A stretch of 32,000 bases of DNA from Candidatus Methanoperedens sp. (GCA_027460535.1 JAPZAR010000020.1:1-32000); one strand, 5' to 3'. Shown: positions 8,422 through 16,532, counted from the first letter of the stretch. Translations and numbers: made by a program. The notes: generated by a model not told the origin, from the sequence alone.

Positions 8422-10434
8422 TTACGGTTTCACGATGCTGAATACGCTGTCGCTAGTATCCTTGTATATCGTGTATGTCTGACCTTTGGCGTTTACGCTT
8501 GTTATTCTTACCTTATAGGTTGTTCCTAGTGCCTGGGTACCAATCGCCCAACTATAGGTACCAGAGTTCGCAGTGCTAATTGTTTTCTTAACACTCGTTC
8601 CTAGAAGGATTTCTATCTTTACATTTGCTCCCATCTGACCAACTTTTGCCCATGTTATCGTCTGAGTGGTTTTTTGTTTCCAGGTCTCTCCTCCATTTGG
8701 AGAAGTAACTGTTATTCCTGGTGTTGGTGTTGATACTACAATAGCTGCCGCTGCATCTCCAGCGTCCGCAGTTATCACTTCTGCCGTATCTCCTGCTGCT
8801 ACTGTACCAGATACTGTTGCCACTATCTGTGTATCGCTCCAGCTATTGATACTCGCAGAATAACCTGCATGGCCGACAATGACATATTGCTGAGCATTTG
8901 TTGCCGGTTGACTTCCGAATCCAGATCCGGAAAGAGTTAAGGTTGCGCCGTTCAATGTCGCTGAAGACAAAGTGACCACTGGCACAACAGTCAATACTGA
9001 CAGTTTGCTTAGCGTGTCTGGGCCTTTCACAAGTTGCAGTTGATGGATTCCTGCGCTCAGTGCCGGAATGCTGACTACTATCTGCGTATCTGTCTCAGAT
9101 GTTGGTGTATATGTCACTCCATCTACAGTTACTACAGATGTATAGGCATCATTCACGAAGTTCGAACCTGTGATGGTAAGAGTCGTTGCAGTGTTTACAG
9201 CTATTACTGACGGGCTTATACTATCCACTGTTGGAATAATAGGTCCTGAGAACGGATTTGTATCTGCTGGCAGCCATGAATTGTGGCATCCATAACAATC
9301 TGTATTATTTCCTACGTGCCCAAGTCCTTGGGTTGTACCTGCACCAGCAAGTTCGATATTATGGATACTTTGCACACTATGGCATTTCTGACAACCTGTA
9401 CCATTAATGGTAATATTAACGGTACCTGGTTCAAATGATCCGTTAGCTGCGTCCTTCGCCTCGATAGTTGAGTTTCTAAGTTCCAGTGAACTAGGTAAGA
9501 TTTCACCAGTAAATGGATTGATTGCGGTGAATGTCTCGCCTGGATATATTACATGGCACCAGCTGCAAACTGCACCCGGGGTCCTGCCTCCAAGAGTTCC
9601 ATATCTACCACTTACATTCACAAAACCGTCCAGAATTGTCTGGTGATGGCTGTCGTGGTTGTCCAGAATTGGTGTCCCAGTATACAAGCCTTTTGCAGCT
9701 AAACTGTTATTGTTTGATGCATTTACCGTACCCAAATGGCATGATTCGCAACCTCCCCATGTCTTATTTTCCAAAGTGGTGCCATCCGAATGGTAGAGTG
9801 TAGTGGGTAATGGTTGTAAGCTGGTGATCTTAAATGTGGCGAACGGGGTTATCATGAAGTCCGTAGCATACGATGGTACATAATGACTGTCGTTGTAGTT
9901 GGCTACGAAACTGCCGTGACAGATCTTACACTGCCTGGCCGCTACAGGATTTCCAATATTCGCATCATCATATGTTGTATTGAAGTGATGCGGTCTGCTT
10001 AAATTGCCCACATGGCCGCCAATGGAATTTCCCGTGAAATTGTTTGCTGGATTATGGCAATCTGTACAGCTACGGTCCAACAATATTCCATTTCCTACTC
10101 CTGGGGTCGGTGGATGGCAATCTCCACATCCGAATGGAGCATTGGTAAGCGGATTTATCGCATTTCCTGACAACAGTCTGTGATGTCTTGTTGGTACGCC
10201 ACCAAGGACATTACCGTATCCACCAGGGGTGTTTGTTCCTGTCGTTTGATGGCAGGCTCTGCACGCATTCTGGTCTGTTGCATTGGTTTGGAAAAATGCT
10301 ATCGAAGTATCGAATATACCAAGGTTCTGCGGCACCGGCGGTGGTGGTGGCGGTGGCGGTGTTAACGCCCAAGCTAAGCCGACAAACGCCAGAAAGACGA
10401 CAGCGGCCGCTAAATACAATTTTTTATTTTTCAT
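8422..10434 (-). CDS. Secreted octahaem c-type cytochrome with a polyproline N-terminus, IPT/TIG-like domains and a C-terminal Kre9/KNH-like Ig domain
   Basis: Signal peptide ...AFVGLAWA followed by LTPPPPPPPPVPQNLGIFDT. Eight CxxCH motifs: CRACH, CGDCH, CTDCH, CKICH, CESCH, CSWCH, CQKCH, CYGCH. It has an IPT-like PTVDSISPSVIAVNTATTLTITGSNF and a C-terminal ITVTSPNGGETWKQKTTQTITW...YKVRITS. GGAGA sits 8 nt upstream of the ATG. Confidence 0.9.
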   Translation of the reverse strand: MKNKKLYLAAAVVFLAFVGLAWALTPPPPPPPPVPQNLGIFDTSIAFFQTNATDQNACRACHQTTGTNTPGGYGNVLGGVPTRHHRLLSGNAINPLTNAPFGCGDCHPPTPGVGNGILLDRSCTDCHNPANNFTGNSIGGHVGNLSRPHHFNTTYDDANIGNPVAARQCKICHGSFVANYNDSHYVPSYATDFMITPFATFKITSLQPLPTTLYHSDGTTLENKTWGGCESCHLGTVNASNNNSLAAKGLYTGTPILDNHDSHHQTILDGFVNVSGRYGTLGGRTPGAVCSWCHVIYPGETFTAINPFTGEILPSSLELRNSTIEAKDAANGSFEPGTVNITINGTGCQKCHSVQSIHNIELAGAGTTQGLGHVGNNTDCYGCHNSWLPADTNPFSGPIIPTVDSISPSVIAVNTATTLTITGSNFVNDAYTSVVTVDGVTYTPTSETDTQIVVSIPALSAGIHQLQLVKGPDTLSKLSVLTVVPVVTLSSATLNGATLTLSGSGFGSQPATNAQQYVIVGHAGYSASINSWSDTQIVATVSGTVAAGDTAEVITADAGDAAAAIVVSTPTPGITVTSPNGGETWKQKTTQTITWAKVGQMGANVKIEILLGTSVKKTISTANSGTYSWAIGTQALGTTYKVRITSVNAKGQTYTIYKDTSDSVFSIVKP

Positions 10435-10474
10435 TTTTTTTCTCCTATCTATATTACTACTATATCACACATTC

Positions 10475-10514
10475 AGACCTCGATTCGGACAGTGATATCC
10501 GAATTTTGAGGTCT
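10475..10514. promoter_or_regulatory. Bipartite inverted repeat 41-80 nt upstream of the first octahaem gene. It is either a candidate operator or a 5'-leader hairpin.
   Basis: agacctc (10475-10481) pairs with gaggtct (10508-10514), and attcgga (10483-10489) pairs with tccgaat (10498-10504). That is 14 complementary positions within 40 nt, inside an otherwise AT-rich spacer. Confidence 0.35.
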
Positions 10515-11016
10515 TAATTCAGATCGATATCAATCCTTGATAATGATCCTCCTCTGTATATGATCTAGTAGTAGTATGCACGAATCTCAATTTGATTGCA
10601 TTATGATCTATTATGGTTGTACTGAATTCATCATTCATGTTTTCGCCCTATCCCGCGTTTTTCTCAGGACACTTGAGTTTTCCTATCCATTCAACTCTCA
10701 ATCCTTTCAAAGGTCAGTGTCATGATTGCTCATTAGGATATAATGCAACTTTTAATCTCAAAACCATATTTATGGATAAGATAGTAATTGATAATTATTA
10801 AGTTGCATCCTATCCTAACTATTATTCCCACTCTATATTAGTTTAAATAATTGTATGGATAAAACATATATGGGAATTAATATCCTATTCTAATAATAAT
10901 TCATATATAGGAAAGATGTATTTTTTTTCTAGTAATAATCAAAATATGAAAAAGATGTATATCTTAACTATCCAGTAAATATCATTGCGCAGTTTTCAGC
11001 AAAAGAAATATCAGAA

Positions 11017-11268
11017 TTACTTCGTCATAACCGTATTAATGTCATCCAATTTTTTCAACAATTCTTTCCCCTCGCTTGTCAGAATATATTTATCCTCATC
11101 AGTACGGTCAATAAAATTTTCATTCATTAAAAATTCTAAATGTTTATTGAAGTTTTTCCAATCAATATAAGCCTTATGCATAATTCGCGTCTTCTTAGCA
11201 TCTTTCTCCACTTGTATTATCTTGAGAATTTCTCTGATAATTTCCCATCGACTTCTATAATTGCTCAT
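11017..11268 (-). CDS. Small winged-helix DNA-binding protein (HTH_45-like archaeal wHTH)
   Basis: 83 aa. The pattern RSRWEIIREILKII....KKTRIMHKAYIDWKNFNKHLEFLMNENFI....KYILTSEGKELLKKL matches the small archaeal wHTH family (PF14947-like). This comes from motif memory, not from a search. Confidence 0.7.
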   Translation of the reverse strand: MSNYRSRWEIIREILKIIQVEKDAKKTRIMHKAYIDWKNFNKHLEFLMNENFIDRTDEDKYILTSEGKELLKKLDDINTVMTK

Positions 11269-11303
11269 GCCACAGTCCTATCCGGTTGATAATATGCCTC
11301 ATT

Positions 11304-11413
11304 ATGTATATGAGGGTTTCGATTGCCATTGGTATGCAATGTTAATTAAAGAAAATGTATATGAGGTTTTCGATTTGCATTGGCATACTATATTGATTAA
11401 ACAAGATGTATAT
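11304..11413. repeat. 51-bp tandem direct repeat (2 full copies plus the start of a third), each copy beginning with a TATA-like ATGTATAT box
   Basis: Copy 1 is 11304-11354 and copy 2 is 11355-11405. I align 41 of 51 positions identical by hand. A third ATGTATAT begins at 11406. The repeat sits in the divergent spacer between the wHTH gene (minus strand) and the ABC operon (plus strand). Confidence 0.6.
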
Positions 11414-11763
11414 TCGTTACGTAACGGATAGTATTTATTATGATCTAAAGCTTATGGTGCTCCAAACCATTAACAAGAGACGATATATACAAATAGATGG
11501 TTTCAAAGAAAGCACAAAAGAAGACAAAAACAAAACAGAAGAGGGGGATAAAAAATACGAAGATGAACGGAATTGGAAAGAATATAACGTAAAACCGGTC
11601 AAGCTGGGGAACTCTCGCTGGAATTTCTTGAGAACCGGGATGCCGAATTACCAAAAAGAATTCAGTGCAAAACGATGCCTAAATCAGCAATATCTCAATC
11701 CAATGGCAAACTTCATAGCGTGGTAAGACCCTCTGGAGGACTGAAGAAGGACGAGGGACTGAA

Positions 11764-12639
11764 ATGGAAAAAACAGTTGAAGTTTCACATGTATCAAAAT
11801 CTTTCAACGGGCAGCCGGTTGTTAAAGATATTTCCTTTGAGATAGCACCCGGTGAGGTATTCGGCCTGATAGGACCGAACGGGGCCGGGAAAACCACGAT
11901 CATCCGGATGCTTCTTGATATAATGAAACCGGATTCCGGCGAAATAAATATCCTCGGAGGACGAGCTGGTACCAAGGACATGATCGGCTACCTTCCAGAA
12001 GAGCGGGGGATGTATCGGCGACTTTCGGTAATGGATACCCTGATGTATCTTGGCGCCTTGAAAAACAGGCAGAGTAGAGAGAGAACATTGTCCCTCCTTG
12101 AAAAGATGGGCATGCTCACAAATAAGGATATGAAGATCCAGGAACTCAGTAAGGGCATGCAGCAAAAGATCCAGTTCATTGCGGCGATAAACCACGACCC
12201 GCAGCTCATAATCCTCGACGAGCCCTTCTCAGGTCTTGACCCTGTGAACATGAAGCTTGTTAAAGACCTGATACTTGAACTCAGCAGGGAAGGAAAAACT
12301 GTGCTGATCAGCACTCACATGATGGACCAGGTGGAGCGCATGTGCGAGCGGATATTCATGATACACCGTGGAAAAGGGGTATTATACGGCAGCGTATCTG
12401 AAATAAAATCCAGGTATGGCAAGAATACTATTTTCCTTGAGTTCGAAGGCGAGCTGAAAAATATAACCGGTGTAAAGAAGATCAGTCATTCGGGCAATTA
12501 CGCTGAACTTGTTCTCGAACCCGGGGTGGATACCCGGGATATACTAAAGAGTATTGCAGCCGACGTCAGGGTGAACAAATTCGAGGTTTCAGCCCCGTCA
12601 TTGAACGAGATATTCATAAAGGTGGTTGAGGGAACATGA
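11764..12639 (+). CDS. ABC transporter ATP-binding protein (ABC-2/NatA-type exporter ATPase)
   Basis: Walker A GPNGAGKTT, signature LSKGMQQK, Walker B LIILDEPFSGLD, H-loop STHMM. The stop overlaps the permease start (ATGA at 12636-12639). Confidence 0.95.
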   Translation: MEKTVEVSHVSKSFNGQPVVKDISFEIAPGEVFGLIGPNGAGKTTIIRMLLDIMKPDSGEINILGGRAGTKDMIGYLPEERGMYRRLSVMDTLMYLGALKNRQSRERTLSLLEKMGMLTNKDMKIQELSKGMQQKIQFIAAINHDPQLIILDEPFSGLDPVNMKLVKDLILELSREGKTVLISTHMMDQVERMCERIFMIHRGKGVLYGSVSEIKSRYGKNTIFLEFEGELKNITGVKKISHSGNYAELVLEPGVDTRDILKSIAADVRVNKFEVSAPSLNEIFIKVVEGT

Positions 12640-13817
12640 CCAAGTGGATCACGATAGCTAAGCATGAATACACATATAATATCCGCAGGAAGGAATTCCT
12701 TTTCGTGACATTTGGGCTTCCTTTATTTATTTTTGCGATAGTAGGTCTTCCGGTTCTTTTGATCGGCAATTCGATTATCCAGGAAGAATACAGGATCGGA
12801 TACGTCGATAACACAGGTTCATTTGGCGGTTCGAATTTTACCCTGTATTCAAACGAAGACCTCGCAAAAAAAGATCTTTTAGAAGGAAATATAACCCAAT
12901 TCTTTGTTGTCCCTTCCAACTATTTCAATACAGGTGAGATCTATATATACTCAGCAAAAAGCTTGCCTTCCGGGTCGAAAATTATCGAGGACAAGATAAG
13001 AGGCTTCCTTCTCGACAACCTGCTGGCGGGCGAGAAAAAAGAGACTCTGGATAGAGTAAAAAACCCGATGAACAGCCAATATTTCACGCTGAGCGACAAA
13101 GGAGAAACCAGAAAGGAAGATTTATCTGCAATTCTGGTTCCAATTGCATTTGCACTTTTCTTCATAATGTCCATCTTCACCTCATCAAATTTTCTTCTGC
13201 AGGGCGTGGTGGAGGAAAAAGAGAACAGGATTATGGAAATACTCCTGTCCTCGGTCTCATACCGGGACATGCTTGTGGGCAAGATTTTTGGGCTCGGGGC
13301 TGTCGGGCTGACCCAGATGTTCATCTGGCAAATCGCAGGGGCAGCACTTCTTTCCATGAATCCTGCCGCATCCTCCCTCATTGACAAGATACACATTTCT
13401 GCACCGCTTTTGATGTTCGGGGCCAGCTATTTCATACTGGGTTACATTCTTTTTGCCTGCATTATGGCCGGCGTGGGAGCTATAGCCACGACTTCCCGGG
13501 AAGGGCAGCAGATGGCAGGGATATTTTCATTAACGGCGGCGTTGCCTTTGATACTTTTCCAATTCATAGCGATGAACCCGGACGCGACAATCACCAGGGC
13601 GCTGAGCTATTTCCCCCTGACTTCCCCTGTCACAATGATAATGCGTCTTTCGCTGACAGATGTGCCGTTCTACGATGTCATGATCAGTACAATGATATTG
13701 GCGCTTACGGTTCTCATTGTGATAGAATCATCTGTTAAAATATTCAGGGCAAGCCTTTTGATGTACGGTAAGAAACCGACGATTAGCGAACTTATAAAAT
13801 ATCTTCGGACTGGATAG
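12636..13817 (+). CDS. ABC-2 family transporter permease (NatB-like, with a large extracytoplasmic loop after TM1)
   Basis: 393 aa. One N-terminal TM is followed by a soluble loop of about 130 aa and then 5-6 TM helices. It is translationally coupled to the ATPase. Confidence 0.85.
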   Translation: MTKWITIAKHEYTYNIRRKEFLFVTFGLPLFIFAIVGLPVLLIGNSIIQEEYRIGYVDNTGSFGGSNFTLYSNEDLAKKDLLEGNITQFFVVPSNYFNTGEIYIYSAKSLPSGSKIIEDKIRGFLLDNLLAGEKKETLDRVKNPMNSQYFTLSDKGETRKEDLSAILVPIAFALFFIMSIFTSSNFLLQGVVEEKENRIMEILLSSVSYRDMLVGKIFGLGAVGLTQMFIWQIAGAALLSMNPAASSLIDKIHISAPLLMFGASYFILGYILFACIMAGVGAIATTSREGQQMAGIFSLTAALPLILFQFIAMNPDATITRALSYFPLTSPVTMIMRLSLTDVPFYDVMISTMILALTVLIVIESSVKIFRASLLMYGKKPTISELIKYLRTG

Positions 13818-13897
13818 TTCGCCGCGCTATCTTTTCCTGGAATACCGCCATCCATCTTTATTTTTTCTCTCGAATGCAAAAGCAAAAATAGGACTAA

Positions 13898-13905
13898 ATG
13901 TATAT
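13898..13905 (+). promoter_or_regulatory. TATA-box-like element upstream of mutS
   Basis: ATGTATAT is centred about 22 nt upstream of ATG 13923 and about 31 nt upstream of the alternative ATG 13932. The spacing suits a very short-leader or leaderless transcript. A GGAG at 13912-13915 argues instead for the 13923 start. Confidence 0.3.
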
Positions 13906-13922
13906 CAAAGCGGAGAAAGCCA

Positions 13923-16526
13923 ATGGACAAGATGACACCTGCCATGCGCCAGTATTACGAGGCAAAAGAAAAACACAAGGACGCATTGATATTCTTCAGG
14001 ATGGGCGACTTCTATGAGTCCTTCGGGGATGATGCGAAGATAATCGCAAAAGAGCTTGAGATAACACTTACCTCAAGGGGCAGGGACAAAGAGGGAGAGG
14101 ATATGCCTCTTGCCGGTATCCCATACCACGCTGTCGATTCATACCTTCCCCGCCTTATAAAGAAAGGCTACAAGGTTGCGATATGCGAGCAGCTTGAAGA
14201 CCCAAAGATGGCTAAAGGCGTAGTTAAAAGAGGGGTTGTCAGGGTCATCACCCCGGGTACCGTGATTGATTCTTCTCTGGTCCTGGACCAATCGAACAAT
14301 TACCTCATGTCGGTTTCAGGTGAAGGACAGGAATTCGGGGTATCGTTCCTTGACATGAGCACAGGCGAGTTCTTAACCACACAGTTCAAAGATAACGATA
14401 ACTGCGACAAAGTGATTAGTGAAGCCTCACGGATGCATCCTGCTGAATGCATTCTTCCGCCAATCCTCTACGATGATCAAAAGCTTGTGGAGCGCCTGAA
14501 AAAGATCGATATTACAGTTAACAAATTTGATGCCGAGTATTTCGAAACAAAAACTGCACGCGTCCGTCTCCTCAAACATTTTGGCACCATGACGCTTGAA
14601 GGCATGGGATGTGAGAACCTGCAGCTTGCAGTTTCTTCAGCAGGTGCTGCGCTGGAATATGCACAGAAGACCCAGATGAGAGATTTGCAGCATATCCAGA
14701 CAATAAGGACGTATTCCGAGAATGAATTCATGGGACTTGACTCCATCACTTTGCGGAACCTTGAGATTGTGCAGGGTGTACGCGGTGGGTCAGACAACAC
14801 TCTTCTGTCGGTTCTTGACAGAACAAAAACTCCAATGGGAGGACGTTTGCTTCATAAAATGCTCCTGAAACCGCTGATATCATCTCCGAAAATAAAGGAA
14901 AGACTCGATGCCGTTGAGGAGATCATTAAAAAAACATTGCTAAGATATGACCTGAGGTCACAGCTTTCGCGCATCCGCGACATAGAACGCTTGATCGGGC
15001 GCATCGTCTATGGCAACTCCAATGCCCGCGACCTTATTGCGTTGAAGACATCCCTTGCTACCATTCCGGAGATAAAAAGATCCCTTAAGGAAAACGATAT
15101 CAACTCAATTTTTCTGGCAGGCATGACCCAGAAGCTTGGTGATTTTTCAGATATTGTCGACCTGCTGCAAAAAGCGATCGTGGATGAACCGCCTCCTGGG
15201 GTTCGAGAGGGGGGGATGATAAAGGATGGGTATAACGAAAAGCTGGATGAGCTCAAAAAGCTGTCTCTGCACGGCAAGGATTGGATTGCTGAGATGCAGC
15301 AGAAAGAACGTGAGCGCACAGGCATCAAATCACTCAAAATAGGTTATAATTCGGTTTTCGGGTATTACATAGAAGTAACAAAGCCAAACCTTTCGCAGGT
15401 CCCTGCTGATTATATCAGGAAGCAGACAACCGCAAATGGGGAACGTTTCTATACGCCGGAACTCAAGGAAAAGGAAGTGATGATACTTTCTGCTGACGAA
15501 AAAAGGATGGCGCTTGAGTTTGAGCTTTTCAATGTGGTCAATTCTCATATCGGAGGTAGGGCAAAGGAGCTTCAGCTTGCTGCCGGGGCATTGGGGGAAC
15601 TTGACGTAACTGCGAACCTTGCCGAGATAGCTGTGAACAGCAAATATGCAAGACCGGAAGTGAATGAGAGCTGCAGCATCCTTATCCGGGACGGGAGGCA
15701 TCCGGTCGTGGAGAGAACGCTTCCGGGTTTTGTCCCGAACGATACTCAAATGGACTGCCAGGAGAACCAGTTCCTGCTCCTCACCGGTCCCAACATGGCA
15801 GGAAAATCCACATACATGAGGCAGACCGCGTTGATCGTGATAATGGCGCAGATCGGAAGTTTCGTGCCTGCCTCTTATGCCTCAGTGGGGATCGCTGACA
15901 GGATATTCACGCGTGTGGGGGCATTCGATGACCTTTCCAGCGGGCAGAGTACATTCATGGTGGAGATGGTTGAGCTTGCCAACATCCTGAATAATGCTAC
16001 GCCAAGAAGCCTCATTCTTCTTGATGAAATAGGGAGGGGAACGAGCACCTATGACGGGTACAGTATCGCAAAGGCAGTGGTTGAATTCATACATAACAAA
16101 GACCGTGTAGGTGTCAGGTCACTTTTCGCAACGCATTATCATGAGCTTACTGCGATGGAAAAAATGCTGAAAAAGGTTAAGAATTACCATATCGCAGTAA
16201 AAGAAGAAGGCAACGATCTGGTATTCCTCCGAAAGATCGTTCCGGGGGCGACCGACAGGAGCTATGGTATCCATGTTGCCCGACTTGCCGGGGTTCCGTT
16301 GAAGGTGACCCAGAGGGCAAAGGAGATATTAAGAGAGACAGAGAACGGGAGCGCAATAAATAAGGGTAGGGAAAGTTCCAGGTTTACACAGCTCATGCTT
16401 TTCGGGCCGGAATCCGGAAAAGAATCGCCGATTCTCGAGGAATTAAAAAACCTGAATGTGGATGCAATGACGCCTCTGGATGCGCTTAATGCGCTCGCTG
16501 CGCTCAAGAAGAGAGTGGAGCGGTAA
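13923..16526 (+). CDS. mutS: DNA mismatch repair protein MutS (bacterial MutS1 type)
   Basis: The N-terminal mismatch-binding motif MTPAMRQYYEAKEKHKDALIFFRMGDFYESFGDDA is present. So are Walker A GPNMAGKSTYMRQ, Walker B LILLDEIGRGTSTYDG and FATHYHEL. It is 867 aa. An alternative start is ATG 13932. Confidence 0.97.
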   Translation: MDKMTPAMRQYYEAKEKHKDALIFFRMGDFYESFGDDAKIIAKELEITLTSRGRDKEGEDMPLAGIPYHAVDSYLPRLIKKGYKVAICEQLEDPKMAKGVVKRGVVRVITPGTVIDSSLVLDQSNNYLMSVSGEGQEFGVSFLDMSTGEFLTTQFKDNDNCDKVISEASRMHPAECILPPILYDDQKLVERLKKIDITVNKFDAEYFETKTARVRLLKHFGTMTLEGMGCENLQLAVSSAGAALEYAQKTQMRDLQHIQTIRTYSENEFMGLDSITLRNLEIVQGVRGGSDNTLLSVLDRTKTPMGGRLLHKMLLKPLISSPKIKERLDAVEEIIKKTLLRYDLRSQLSRIRDIERLIGRIVYGNSNARDLIALKTSLATIPEIKRSLKENDINSIFLAGMTQKLGDFSDIVDLLQKAIVDEPPPGVREGGMIKDGYNEKLDELKKLSLHGKDWIAEMQQKERERTGIKSLKIGYNSVFGYYIEVTKPNLSQVPADYIRKQTTANGERFYTPELKEKEVMILSADEKRMALEFELFNVVNSHIGGRAKELQLAAGALGELDVTANLAEIAVNSKYARPEVNESCSILIRDGRHPVVERTLPGFVPNDTQMDCQENQFLLLTGPNMAGKSTYMRQTALIVIMAQIGSFVPASYASVGIADRIFTRVGAFDDLSSGQSTFMVEMVELANILNNATPRSLILLDEIGRGTSTYDGYSIAKAVVEFIHNKDRVGVRSLFATHYHELTAMEKMLKKVKNYHIAVKEEGNDLVFLRKIVPGATDRSYGIHVARLAGVPLKVTQRAKEILRETENGSAINKGRESSRFTQLMLFGPESGKESPILEELKNLNVDAMTPLDALNALAALKKRVER

Positions 16527-16532
16527 TCTCCG

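Noticed and set aside
2404-10517. Many 60-140-aa ORFs antisense to or overlapping the cytochrome and protease genes (for example 2404-2637, 3937-4188, 4685-5104, 5716-5979, 7514-7696, 8012-8230, 8666-8863, 9407-9803, 10180-10517)
   Set aside because: They lie wholly inside much longer ORFs with strong domain evidence on the opposite strand. They have no recognisable motifs and low-complexity or odd composition. They are typical shadow ORFs.
11406-11726. A 106-aa ORF upstream of the ABC operon, and its 69-aa antisense partner at 11445-11654
   Set aside because: The sequence is Lys/Glu-rich and low-complexity with no recognisable domain. Both strands are open here. Its ATG is simply the third copy of the ATGTATAT repeat box. 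I treat the region as a long regulatory or leader region, though a small real protein cannot be excluded.
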